A DNA stretch of 63,869 nucleotides, filler included, from Reticulomyxa filosa (lineage: Eukaryota; Protista; Foraminifera), in NCBI GenBank assembly GCA_000512085.1. It is 13 parts of 13 records of this genome, joined end to end, with 100 filler letters (N's around TTAATTAATTAA, not from the genome) between each part and the next. Parts side by side here need not be neighbours in the genome. Positions count along the whole stretch, not along the records: positions 22,567 to 40,001 come from ASPP01021972.1; positions 40,102 to 41,101 come from ASPP01037208.1; positions 41,202 to 51,024 come from ASPP01007223.1; positions 51,125 to 54,701 come from ASPP01007130.1; 9 more parts are not named here. One strand, written 5' to 3'. Below the pieces are notes generated by a model that worked only from the letters and a program-made list of their open reading frames with translations, did not search any database and was not told where the DNA came from. Position 1 is the first letter of the stretch, and every line of letters starts with the position of its first letter. This document shows positions 39,941 through 53,340 of this stretch, piece by piece. Both the position numbers and the translations under genes were made by a program.

Positions 39941-40101
39941 CGGTAAAAAGCCAGCGCTCTAGGGAATGGGCAAAATACATCTCCCATGGCGGCATGGCGA
40001 CNNNNNNNNNNNNNNNNNNNNNNNNNNNNNNNNNNNNNNNNNNNNTTAATTAATTAANNNNNNNNNNNNNNNNNNNNNNNNNNNNNNNNNNNNNNNNNNN
40101 N

Positions 40102-40371
40102 AGATATACCTCTCCAGTTTCTTCTTTCACCTGTACCACTCTTCAGAGGGCAAGAAAAAAAGGAGAGAAGAAAAAAAAAGAGTTACTCCTTATCATGCAA
40201 AAAAAAAAAAAAGATAATAATAATTATACTGTAAGTCCAAATGAACAAACGCAACTCCTTGCAGCCTTTTGCTATCTCAGAGTCACTCAAAGAGCGACAC
40301 CGGACAACCACTTGTACAGACTCGGAATTTGTGGAGGACGTGCCTGGCTTGGATAATGATTCATGTGACAT
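40102..40371 (-). CDS. Kinesin motor, 5' end only (kinesin-2-like)
   Basis: ESVQVVVRCRSLSDSE matches the kinesin N-terminal motif; the remainder is lost in the gap. Confidence 0.75.
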
Positions 40372-40845
40372 TTATTTTGCTGGCTTTTACGTTTACTGAT
40401 CAAACCTTTTTTCGTGTTTTCCGTTTTTTCCTTGTGACGTCATAAAGGTTCATTGACATTTCAAAAAATTATCCTTTTTCGTTGAAATATTTTTTACTTT
40501 TTAATATCAAAAGTTCATTTTGTTAATTGTTTAATTACACAAACAATCTATAAACTAAAATAAAAAACAGGTATGAATCTGTTTTGCGTCGAAGAATTTG
40601 TTCACACTCGAAAATTGAAACAGAATGCGGAACTCCTTTTTATAGTTTAATAAAAGTGGCTTAAAATTTTCTAAAACGTTGAACGAAGAAATAAGCAACA
40701 AGAAGTAGGAAAAGATATAAGAAAATGTTTGAAGTAACATTTGTGTCGGTTTAAATTTAAAATTCAATTATTTTTTTTTTAAGCAAACGAACAATAAAGA
40801 AAAGTGTGGAACGAAAGGGGATAAGATGGTGCAGAGCATATTCTG

Positions 40846-41035
40846 TCAGTCAATATCCATTTTGTTTTCTTTGGAGACATTGGAAGTAGTTACAGGTTGT
40901 CCACTGGCGCCTTTGTTTGCATTTTTATTGCCTTTATTTTGGTTTTGATTTTTGTTTTTGTTTTTATTTTTATTTTTATTTTTGTTTGCGTTTGCATTTG
41001 TATTTTTCTGTGCGTTGTTGTCTTGGTTTGCTGAC
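40846..41035 (-). CDS. Terminal exon, N/K-rich low complexity (parent gene unknown, possibly the ASCC3-like gene across the gap)
   Basis: After a tatag acceptor it reads SANQDNNAQKNTNANANKNKNK...SKENKMDID*. Confidence 0.45.
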
Positions 41036-41201
41036 TATATAATTACAACACACAAATGACGAAAATGATAAAAAAAAAAACAATAAGCATTGACCCTCAC
41101 ANNNNNNNNNNNNNNNNNNNNNNNNNNNNNNNNNNNNNNNNNNNNTTAATTAATTAANNNNNNNNNNNNNNNNNNNNNNNNNNNNNNNNNNNNNNNNNNN
41201 N

Positions 41202-42475
41202 ATGATTGAACTCTCATTGCTTCCCCCTTTTTTTTTTTTTTTTTTGGAATTAAAAAAGTGCATAAATTGGGTTTGCAGAACTGTAATGCTTGAGTTTTGA
41301 AGCAAGTCGCAAATTTGAATGGCGGTGGCATCGGGGTCAGTAATGGCGTGTCCTTGATCGACGGCCGAGTCATCGGCAAAGCTGGAAAGGGCGAGCAGTT
41401 CGACTTTCTCTTTGACCCAGTCAAAGCCGAGTTTGTCCTTGTCCTTGTCCTTGTCTTTGTTGAATCTTTGATCGACGACGACTTGATCAGCGAAGCTTTT
41501 GGTGGAGGACGTGGCACCCGCCTGTTCCAAGGCCTGTTTGTAGTCTTGATCGGCGAACTCGTCCTTCCAGCCGGTGGCATTATCTTTGGCCTCGGGGAGC
41601 AGTATTTTGGATGCCAAAGCCAGCGTGTCATTTTCGACATCCACGTCTTTGATGTGATCGATCCATGTGTCGTTTTGCTTGGCAAAGTGGGTGCACAATT
41701 GATGGAAACTGGCGTTGGCCAGGTCTGTTGACGTAATGTTTTCAAGCCATTGCACGTCGGACGTGCGTGTCAAAGGGTACTGCTTAATGAATTGGTCGTT
41801 GCCAAATGTGGCGACTATTGTACTTGTCTCTTGTGTTGTCATTAATGCGTCCGTGGCGTTGATCACATAGCCTTGCAGAAACAACAACAATAACATGCCT
41901 TTGTGATATAATGCATTCCACTCCTTTTCGCTTAGCTTGACGAAAAATACTTGCTCGATTTGCGTTTTTGTCTTTTGCATTTGCTTCCACATCTTTTGTG
42001 GTAGGTTGCCATTCGATGCTGATGCGTCGTCTTCTGCGTATGTTATTGTCACCACATTTGGACCCTTTTGACTCTTTTGTGCTTTTTCCTTTTCTGCTTG
42101 CTTCTGGTACACGTCGCTTTGTGCTTTGTAAATATAGTACACTCCTCGCAACACTACCAACAATGCCTCTCCCAACTCCTTGTCTGACGACGACTCTTTC
42201 AATAGCTGTGTCGACACACAAGACACATACGATTGATACTGCTTTCGAATCGTCTGAGACAGGTAGTGGATATTGCTTTGCTGCTTCCCCGGTAAATGCG
42301 ATACATACTTTTCCCAACTCAATCCTTCGTCCAGTTCCGCTTTTTTCGCCTGCTTTTGGCGCTCCGCTACTACTACTTGTCTTGATGCTGTTTCATCTGT
42401 CACGCTCAACGTTCCATTCTGACTTAAAGTTGCACGAATCTGTTCTGTTGAGCGGATCGGATAATTAATCCACAT
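41202..42475 (-). CDS. N-terminal part of an ASCC3/Slh1-like Ski2-family helicase (helicase core lost in gap)
   Basis: Resembles ASCC3/plant DExH14 N-termini (P.R.T..LR; ELDEGLSWEK; RKQYQSYVSCV; AIQICDLL). No helicase motif is visible before the gap. Confidence 0.6.
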
Positions 42476-42704
42476 TTATACAAATTATGTAAAGTCACGA
42501 GACTGAAAAAAAGAAAAAAACCCCCTAATTCTGGATGTCCCCTTTTTTGATTTTAGTTGCTTCGTTGAAGTATTTTTTCTGAAGAAAAAAAAAGATTTTT
42601 ATCTGAAATTTTGTTTGCTTCCAATAAATTTTAATTTTGTAAAAAAAAGGAAAATAATCTTCAAAAATTGACAAAAACTCAAAAACGTGAGACAGATTAA
42701 AAAT

Positions 42705-45700
42705 TCATTGAATGTGAATAATTCCCTTGGCAATCAGTTCGTTTTCAAAATCGGTAGCCTCTTTATCCACTTGTTCCCATTCGGTGATCAAACGTTTTGC
42801 CTTTTCTAACTTGGGTTCTTTTGTCAAAGGATTATTACATAAGTCAATAGTTTTAGCGTCCTTGAGAGACTCCATGGAGCACCACGTTTCACACCAGAGC
42901 CATTCTTGCGGTAGTGAATATATCGGAACCATGTGTTGAGCAAAGTTGGGTAGATCTTGGTCCAAATTTGCCTGGATGGGTTTTAAAATTATTTTTTTTA
43001 AAAAAAAAAAAATCATCAACAATGAAAGACATAGGCATTAAAAAAAGTACACAAACCAAAGAGTTTGGATCAGCAGACAATTGTTCATAAACAACGCGTA
43101 AAGAATCCCCTGCTCGCATTCTGCGAAAAGTGTTCAAATCGACCACGTATAAAGCACTGATGTGATAGGACTTGCCTTGCAAATGATTTAACCAATACCC
43201 TTGTTTCCAAAAGCGGAACCCTTCGACGGCAGAGTTACTGTCACAAAATGGCGTATAGCCATAAGGTTTCCCCTCCAAGTCCATATCCCACAGTTCCAAT
43301 ACATCACTGCGGACAATTTGATCCGCGTCGACAAATATGACACGTTCCAAATCAATCGGAAATAGCACATCTAAAAACAATATTTTGTAAGCCCAAATTA
43401 TGCGTTGCTTTTCAGTCTGCGCACGTAGCCATTCTGGCCAGCGATAGTCCATTAATTCAATGCTGCAGTTGTATTTTTTTTCAAACTCGGGGATGAATTG
43501 TTTGAATCGAGGGCTCAAAAATTGCCCAAAAAACCAAAATTTTACGTGGCCAGCTTTGGTATTGCGAAGTGTGGTGATCATCATTATCTGTTATGGCGTT
43601 TCCCCCCCCCCCCCCCCCAAAGAAAAAGTGAAAAAAAAAAAAAAAAGGGATACTAGCTATAAAAAAAAAACAAACAACCAACCTTTAAAAATCGTTCATA
43701 AAGATGTCCTGATGCGACACTCATGATATGGACAGTAGTATCTTCAGGTGCCTTTGCGTCTTTTCTTCGGTTTGTTTTACCATTGGTCGAACCAGCAATT
43801 GCTGAGTCTGTATTATCAGCCTGATCACCGAACCAAGACTTAAAGATATTGACCAGTTTTCCATCTTTTCCCTTCTGATCCGGCTCATCTTTTTTCTCCA
43901 AAGGCGGTAGTAAATCTTCATTTTCCATGCCAACTTGCTTCTTCACGTACAATCGAAAAGGGGTACTGGTGAACGTAGACATCGTGACATACAGCCGCTG
44001 TGTCTGTTCGTCGAATGCAGCTCGCGGGTCGTTGATGGCTTGGGTATTGATTTGGTAGACTTGTCTCGAGCGACCTTCTTTCAAATGCAAATTCCAAATG
44101 CCAGGATTGGACTTTAATTGGAAATAGCCCAGATTTTGCATTACGATGGTATCAGTATGTCCCGGGTTTAACTCGAGCTGTAATCCGGCAACCGGAGAAG
44201 AATGTTCGTCAAAGCACTGTCCTTGCAAGAGGATATGTAACAGCTGATATCGTGCAGTCACTTTTGACGAAGGAACTTTCGATAGCAATAAGTTATCCAA
44301 ATCATGGACCCCACCAAGTGCCTCAAACAACCACGTTCCCGGAGTGTTCACGATTCCCATTGTCAACACCTATTTATGCATGGAAATGGATGTGTTGGAA
44401 AATTGGAAAAAAAAAAAAAAAAAAGACATACATACACATATATATATCAAAAAGTTGCAAATGAAAGATATAAACAACTCAACTTGATCTTTGGGCACAT
44501 TTTGAAAGACAAAATTATCTTGGATGTTCAAAGGGTGTCCCCAATGATCAGATGATGATTGGCCAATGGAGGCGAGATGTTGACTAAGACTATTGGCATG
44601 GAAGGCTAAACGGTAATAGCGATTCAATTTGCTGGGGAAGCCGTATTTATTAATTTCGTCTTTCATGTTCAAATCGGGCGCAAATAGTATTTGAATATTG
44701 AACTTTGGAGCAGTCGCATGCAAAGGCTTGTACAAATACAGTTCTTTAAATAAAGACACTAATTTTTGGGTATGTGGAGATAAAGGATTCAATACTGACA
44801 CAATATCATATACAACTTCATTTTCGTTTGCATCACTATTGGACAGATGTATGGATAGTCCATCTATTTTATTATTATTATTTATTTATTTTATTTTTTT
44901 TTTTTCCCCTCATTTTTTTTATCATTTAATTGTTTATATTATAAATATTTCTTTGTTTGTCTGTTTGTTTTGTAAGATTGACCGATGGCATCTGCCAACA
45001 CTGCATCATTCTTACTGGCCTCAAAGAGCGTTTCTCTGACGACATATCCGGAAGTTGCTCTGTAAATCAGGGCATTCACAATTTGCAGGACAACATCATG
45101 AGGTAGATCTTTCATTTGTGGATATACGTCTTTCGTTGCTTTGAAAAATTCTTGCAACAATGTCCAAATGTCTTGGACAACAATGGAAGCAGAATGCGTA
45201 CTTGCTTCAGCGTTTGCATTTCCAGTTCCAATTGCATCGTCTATCGGAACCACCAGGCCATCAATAACGATGTAATTATGTCCACTCTGCAGTCCCAAAT
45301 TCTTTACAACTTCACTTGCAATCTTTTGATTCTCGGTTTTGCCTTTTTCATTGCAGGACCTTTGTTCAAGTGTTGCATTTCTCCATTTTTGTGCTGTGTT
45401 TTGGAAGGTTTCCCAATCGAATTGTTTGCCCCTTTTTTTTTAAAAAAAAAAATAAAAATAAAAAGACACAAGTTATTTATCATTTTGAAATTGACTCCTT
45501 TTTTTCACATACATATACATATATACGTGCATATGTATACGTAGTATAATGTAAAACAAAACTGCATTGGTGCTAATGCATCTGCAGTATAACAGTCGAG
45601 AGTATTGTCCAAAAGTGCAAGTCTCACTCCGGCATGTTGCAGGGACTTATCGGAACGTGTCGTAGCCATTTGATTTAATTTGGACAAGGCGACAAAAAGG

Positions 45701-48700
45701 TCTTTTCCATTGCCGTTTCCAAAGTTGAGTAACACCCAAACGGTCACCAGCGGTGTATTGGATTTTTCCGTATTGGAAAAGATGCTATGTGTGGTCAGAT
45801 AAGGTATTGACTGCAACCACGACTGCGACGAGGCAATAATTTTTGGCAGATGCGGCACAATGATATCAGAGTGCTGTGGATTGGATGAAGGCAGCGAAAC
45901 TGACGTACGAGTGAGCCAGGAAAGGAAAAAGGAATAGCGAGCCAATACGTTATTTTGCTGATACACAAACGAATTGAAATTGGTTTTCTTGGATATCTTT
46001 CCTTGCGAAAACGCGATCATGTACATGCGCTGCTCTGCCATAATCATATTCATTATGGTCATTTGATCCAAGTTTTTTACGTGTGTATGCAGCTGTCCAT
46101 TAAATATGAACGTTAGTCCACTCGCTTCTGTCTTGATATCATTACCATCGCTTTGCGTGTCGTGGAGCAATGCGGTCAGTCCTTTGTGTTCCACAAAGTC
46201 GTGGACAATTTCCAAATATCTATGATGATCGGAATACTGCGGAACAGCCTTGAAGATGTGTTCTGTATCTCGTGGACGATGCGTGTTTTGAATGGCCCTT
46301 TCAACTTGTTGCAGAGTGGGCTGACGCATGCCAAACATCTCTTGTTGTGGATCGGCTGCTGCTGCCTCTATCAACGATTCTTGTGTTCCCTCCAGATCCT
46401 CATGCATTATTCGAAACAATGCTTCCAATAATTCACATGCTTTTTTGGATGACTTCAAATCTTTTGCTGTTATCACAAATGCCTTAGTCAAGAGTTCTAT
46501 CGAAGGTTTCTTGTCGTCTTCCTCTGTCCCTTGTGCAGTCTTGCACACACACACACACACACACGTATTTATGTATAAGTATATATACATATATATATAT
46601 ATATATACATTTACATATATATTTTTTATTTTATTTTTTTAAGTAACACCTGTTGTAATAAGATTTTAGGATAAAGAATGACTCCCAAACGAATAGGAAG
46701 ATCATATTTGAACATACTATACCAATAGTAGAATACTCCCAGAGAAAGGTAGTCGAATGAATCGATAATGCAAATAACATTGTACATATTCCTACGAATA
46801 GGCACGATTTGTCGAAACACCATAAAGCTTTGCAATCCCTCCAATCCATTTGGCCAGGTCTTGTATTTGTTGTCTTTCTCTATATCGTTCGTCCATGTCA
46901 CAATCAAATTCTCATACTCCTTTTCCACTCCTTTATTTTCCAACAAATAGGTTTCTACGCGCATGTCAATGCGTAAGGGATCACCATTGTCACTTCCAAA
47001 CCCTCTTTTTTTTTTTTTTAAAAAAAAATGCAATTAACAAATCAATCTATCTTCTCAATAATATATATATATGTATATATACATTTCTCTCTTTTTTTTA
47101 TGCATACATGTCAATGGGCGTATTCAACAAGTTCTTAATGTGCGTTGCAATGGGCGGAGTGGTAGAGCCAGAAGAAGTGAGCAGTTGCTTAAAAAGATCG
47201 ATATAATAAGCTTCACTATCCATTTTCTGAAAAAAATCAAAAATATCCAAATCGGAAACAGGCAATGGTAAACCGTTGAATCGTAACATTTCAGTTCCTT
47301 CACGCCAATACTTTTTCGATATGATTACACAAAGCACTTGATTGCACAAACGAAATGAAATGAAATGAAGTGAAAAGCAAGATATATGTGTATATGTATA
47401 TTATGCTCGACGTTTGAAAGTAACTTGTTTCAAAGTATTGAGATATCCTTGAATACTGTCGTAATGGTCTTCAGAGATGTGTGGAATAAGATGAGTGTAA
47501 TGAGGAAAGTTGGTACTCAGTTCGGTGAACATATCCAAAAACTGTTGGTTACGTGTCATCAAATCGATGGTCTTGTTTTCAAAGGCTTGGGTTAGCTCTT
47601 TGTGCCATTGCAATAGCAAATACGTCGTTTGAATGCCAATTTTGGACATGTACTCTTTCATGTTCTCTTCTTGCATTTCCTTTTTGATATTGCGCAACAG
47701 AGAGACAAGTATAAGAGAGATATGAGACGTATTGCGAACAAGACACGTAATAAGAAAAACAAACTTTCAGATTTGGAGTCTTTTCATCTCGTCCATCCAA
47801 TGTCAAAGCATTGATGGATTGCTGCAATTGTTCGATTAGCAGAGTTTGTGTGGATGAAACTGGGCTGGCATGTTCGCTGTGTACTTTGCCGTCGCTTTCA
47901 ACTTCCACCGTTTGGACAGAGCCCATATTGCGATCATCCAATACTTTGTATTCCATATTTTTTATTGCTAATTCAATGCCATAACCCTTGTTGTTGTTTA
48001 TTTGTTTATTTGTTTATTTGTTTGTTTGTTTGTTTGTTTTTGTTTATGTTTTTATTTATATAATATATTTATCTAAGTAACCTCTCCACTCTTTTTTCAT
48101 ACACACTTGCAATGTCAAAGGCTTCGACTTTTGATGCACATCGAAATAAACTGGTCTCACGATTAAACATGCATTTTGATACTTGGCTTCGTGTTTGACT
48201 TGCGATAGCAGCGTTATGAACAGCGGCGCAAGTACCTTCAAGTTGGCGTAGTCGGCGTATAACACCAAAAAGATTTTATTGTCGTCATTTACACATTCCT
48301 TTGCACCTTCCAATGACTGTGACGAAGTGAACGCCCCTTGACAACATCCAAATGCATGGTCGATGTCGTTCAACAAAATCAACGACGAAGAAGGCAATTC
48401 ATTTCCATCATCTTCATTATATGCATTGCTTGTGTGCAATTCCGCGTCTCTTGACTCAATTGTTGAGCTTATCTCTTTCAATACCGTATCCACATCTTGT
48501 GCATTCAATACGCTCCAGGTTTTACATTTTTCTGGAAGTTTCTTGCCTTGTTTTTGCTTATAAACTTCTACCGTTGTGGCATTGTGCGCAAAGTTATGCT
48601 GCTGAAATACGTTATTGAACAGTGCAAGTCGAGGTGCATACGTGTGAAGAGATATTAATAATGGCAACAACGAATATTGCGATTGGCCTAGTCTTGATTG

Positions 48701-49012
48701 CTTTTTTGCCAAAAATTCCAACATCAACCAACGATACAATGCGACGTCGTCATGCTCCACTCCCACTCTCTTATACTTGGTCATGTATTCCTCCATAAAT
48801 TCAAAATATATTTTTTTGTCGTTCAAATATTCACTTATCTCATAGAACAACGGAAACGACTGAAATTTCGCTTCCATGGCAACTGTAATAACATTTTCTT
48901 CCACCTTTGAGAAAACAATCCAAGAGCAAAATGTCCAGAGCAAACAGAACGGTAAAACAAAACCAGTACAATATGCCATGATCGTAATCGTTTTTTCAAA
49001 AAAAAACACCAA
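42705..49012 (-). CDS. UGGT: UDP-glucose:glycoprotein glucosyltransferase
   Basis: N-terminal signal peptide. Motifs [68 protein letters not shown] and [13 protein letters not shown]. About 11 introns. Confidence 0.97.
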
Positions 49013-49449
49013 GCAGACCTCCCCTTCAAACGAAGTAATTGATTTTAATTTGGTAACGATTTAAAAGTAAATCGCACCAAAGGTAGACAATATTTAACTG
49101 TTTTCTTTGTGTAAATGTTTATCTGATTTTTTTTTTGGAGAATGTTCCTGGAAATAATTGTTACCTTAAAGCATATCACCTGCGCAACAGATCCAAATTA
49201 TTTTTAATGTTTCCAAGTTAAGTAAGCTTTTTACACGGTCTTGTTAATAACGTTTTAAGCTTTTAGAAAAATGGATACAAAAAGACTACAGTTTTCCTAG
49301 ATATAAAAATGGGCCTTACTCTTGATAAAAAAAGAAAGTTTGCAATGATGTAATTGAGACAGGTGACAGAAGCAGTGTTTACACAATCCGTTGAAGGGAT
49401 ATGAAAAGAGTCAAAAGAAATATTGCAATGTTAAAGATAAATAAGAAAA

Positions 49450-50387
49450 CACAAGAATTGAGGCAAAAGGTAAGCTAATCACTTGGTGGTGTTGCTGGAG
49501 CATCTTCGTTGCCATACCACTGTTAGAAAACATATCACACACATAGATATAAACATAAAGTATGTATTCGCCAGTTGTTCGAAGAAGGAAAAAAAAAAAG
49601 GGAGAGAACTCCGGCGTCAACAGATTGTTTGACGTATTGTTGTTTAATGGAAGAGTAGGAATTTCCCAATTGTGACATTGTTTTTTGCTCTGTCTTTGCG
49701 TAATGCCAGGTTTGTTTCTTTGGCTCCTCTACCTGGTCTTTTGGGACGTGAACAGATAAGTTTATATTCTGATTTGGACGTGAGGAGTGTTCCATCCAAT
49801 TTTTTTTTATCTTTGTGTTATATTTGTCATTGTTATCATGTTTGTCATTTTTGTTATGTTTGTCATATCTATCATTTCTATCATTTCTATCATTTCTATC
49901 ACGCCTATCATACTTGTCGTACCTATCATACTTGTCATATTTGTCACGTTTATCAATTGTATTTTGATTATTCAAATGATTGAAATGATTGAATCGATTG
50001 GAATGATGATGATGCTGCTGCTGGCGGTCGTGATCGACAAAGCCGTTGTAATGGTCGTGGTTAGTTTGAGGAGGAGTAAGTCTTTGCCAAAGTTTTGAAA
50101 CAACAATAATACTGTTGTCGCTACGATCGTTGTGAGTATCCTCACGAAGACTAAAAAAGTCTGAATAAAAGGCATTGAAAAATGATACGATATCTCCTTT
50201 GTACACTTCATTGAAAGGGACGTGAAATTGTTTCCAATAAATGATATGAAATTGATTAATATCAAAAGAATTATGATTGCGAGCAATTCTTTCCATTTGA
50301 TCGTCTAATTCGTCATTTGTTTGTTCTTTCGCCTATTTATTCAAATAAAAAATAAATTAATGGAAATAAAATATTAATATGTGTATA

Positions 50388-50431
<44 letters not shown>

Positions 50432-51024
50432 TCGATAAAGATCATGTTTTGCATTTTGTGACAATTGAGAAACCCTTTGAAGCTCAGTTTGAAAGAGCTC
50501 ATGAGCAAGAGGAAAACGCTTTCCATATTTTCGCAAGCAAAACAGCTGCGCCAATTGTCGAGCATTGTTCGGTGGCAAATTGAGCAAATCATAGATTTCG
50601 AAATACTTTCCTTGAAAAAGCACTGGATATTCGCTTTTCATATTCAAACCACTCAATTGTTCTATTGACCATCGACTTCTTTTTTTTATATTTTTTTTGT
50701 CGTTATTATAATCTTCGTCATTTTCATCATTATCATTATAATCATTATCATTATAATCATTGTCATTATAATTATTATCATTATAATCATGATTATAGCC
50801 ATAATCATAATCGTCATTACTATAACCATTATCGTGTTCACCTTCTTCATTTTCATTTTCTTTTTTTTTTTCTTTTTCATTTCCCTTTTCACTATCTCTT
50901 TGTGGCAGAATTTTCGCATTCTTTGATTCCTTTTTTTTTCTTTTTCTTCTTCGCTTTTCTTTCTTTGATTTTTTCACTTCTTTCTTTTCTTCTTCTTTTT
51001 CTTCTTTTTCTTCTTTTTCTTCTT
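49450..51024 (-). CDS. Low-complexity charged/Asn-Asp-rich protein, 3' part (5' end in gap)
   Basis: Spliced exons containing K/E/R-rich, (ND/NDY)n and (DKY/DRN)n tracts around a short helical globular segment. Confidence 0.6.
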
Positions 51025-51124
51025 NNNNNNNNNNNNNNNNNNNNNNNNNNNNNNNNNNNNNNNNNNNNTTAATTAATTAANNNNNNNNNNNNNNNNNNNN
51101 NNNNNNNNNNNNNNNNNNNNNNNN

Positions 51125-51957
51125 TGTGTGTGTAATAAACAGCACTGTTTTTCACTACGTTTCGTACTGTTGTGTCCATATATTGGAGTCGATGCCTTGG
51201 AAAAAAAATATCACTGCAATCGGATACGTGGCAGGATCACACCTTGCTCAAAGAAAAAGGCGGTCACTCCGATGCAAAGACAAAACCACACACTTTGGCT
51301 ACTGTCTTTCAACATGATTACCTGTTCAGCGCATACATGGCTCATTTGTTCCAGGAATTTTCCATCGAGTCTTGTTTGTGGTACGTCTCATATGTTTTGT
51401 GTTAACACATGAACATAATGATAATAATATACGTATATGCATATATATACACAAATGAACATATTTAATTGGTCTACATTTTATGTAGTCTAATTGAATG
51501 GGTGCAATTCAAAGACTTGCTTCGCCAAAGATATTCGGACAAAATCAAGCAAGGCGAGATAAAATTTGGGGAGGGTTTGCTGTACTTGCAAAATATTCCG
51601 AAATCGAACATTGTGTATGGGACGATGAGCAAAGAAGAAAAACAGAACATTACCAATATATCAGTTTTTCAATTCCGTCATAAAGCCATGCAATTGTATG
51701 CCAAGTATATTCCTTTGGATGGCGAGTTCACTGTCAATATTAGCAACAATTGTCGACGAAATTTAGAGTCTGTTATTAATAACCCCAATTCATTTCGTGG
51801 AGACGATAGTGATGCGATACTGCTGTTCACTTTATTTGATCAATGCATAGATGAAGTGTACACCCTACAAGAAGACGACTCTTTCACACGCTTTCGAAGA
51901 TCGGAAGTGTATCAAGCGTTGATTCGTCGACATGGCATCTCTGATAGTATGTCTTAA
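51125..51957 (+). CDS. RGS-domain protein, 3' part
   Basis: Motifs YMAHLFQEFSIESCL, AMQLYAKYI..DGEFTVNIS and LFDQCIDEVYTLQEDDSFTRF. Intron at ~51381-51488. Confidence 0.88.
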
Positions 51958-52779
51958 ACATATATACGTGCTTTTTTTTTCTCCCCCTTTCCTAAATATT
52001 ATACCAAACTATCCAAGAAAAAGTAACAAAAATGACACGAAAAAAAAAAATCCCTTTATGCGTACGTAGCTTGATTTTGAATAGACTAATCTTGCTTTTG
52101 AAGTAATTTTCTCATCTTCCATCCAAATTTAATTCTGTAAGTAAACATTCGAACTTCAATCTTTTTTTTTCTTCTTGCTTGCTTTAAGCATCATTTTAAG
52201 TTCAATTTCACTTCTTTGTGTGATGTTGAGTTTTTTTATTTTTATTTATTTGTTGATCTTCCCTTGCGTGTTCTTTTTTGTTGTAGGTAGAAATAAAATA
52301 AAACCAGACCTTTTTGTTTCGGTCACGAACAACTAAAGATGTTGCCAATTTCTAAAACAATACACATTGAAATGTAAAAATTAATAACTTCTACACAATA
52401 ATCAAAATTTTTTGGAAAAGATCCACAAGCAAATATGTTAGTGAATATCTTATGCTTGAGATGTTCGACAGAATAAGAAAAATAAGTATAGAGAACTTAT
52501 CAGATTTTGGAATGGTAACGGTGAACAATAGGTTAAAAAGAGAAACTAAAGAACCTAAGATAATAGATTATATGAGAAATATTTTTCATTAACAACATTT
52601 TGGTTAGAAGAAAATGGAAAAGATTTGTTCAGTATTATTGAAGAAAGGGAATAAAGTAAGATAAAACAAATCTTTCAATAATTGTGTTCAATCAAATCAA
52701 ACAAGTTTAATATCACCTTAATTTTCTCTTAATCAAAATTTTTTAAAAATACTTTCATTTCTTATTAGGCAAAAAGTAA

Positions 52780-53340
52780 ATTATCCACAAATACGAATGG
52801 TGCCATTATTTGAACCATAACACAAATTTAAATCATAATCACATTCTTTGAATCCATTTCTTTTTTAATAAATTTAAGACAAAATATTACATCATCTTTT
52901 ATATAATCTCATTCAATCACATACAATTGATTCATATTTGATCGAATATCACAAAACGAACACTTTTATCTTTTGATTCAGATAGTATTGTATTTAATAA
53001 TTCATTTAATCCATATTTTGCAATCCTAATGATATCTTCATATCCTTTGAGTACATTCAATTGTCTGTCTGTTTCAATATTCAATATTTGAATGGTTTAT
53101 ATGATATTTTGACTGTGATAATGATATGATGAAAATTTCATATGATTCACATAATTTGAATGTTCATTGAATAATTGAATTTGTTTGTTGTTATCAATAT
53201 CACATAAACTAACTGTTCTATCATCTGATCCAGAACAAATGAATTGACAATTATCAAATGTTGAATAATATCAGACCTTGAAACATTAAAACTGCGTAAA
53301 TATAAATTCCATAAACTGCATAAATTATATATTTTCATTA
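52780..53340 (-). pseudogene. Degenerate WD40-repeat gene
   Basis: YSTFDNCQFICSGSDDRTV..DIDNNKQIQLFNEH and further GH/DI remnants, with frameshifts. Confidence 0.6.

Noticed and set aside
41297-42468. Long plus-strand ORFs here and opposite other genes
   Set aside because: Antisense shadows of real minus-strand exons or of low-complexity repeats.
13423-49012. LMF and UGGT as an ER quality-control cluster
   Set aside because: They are ~28 kb and several gaps apart with unrelated genes between them.
49815-50830. Short periodic repeats as a possible CRISPR-like array
   Set aside because: They are codon-phase microsatellites without unique spacers, in a eukaryotic gene.
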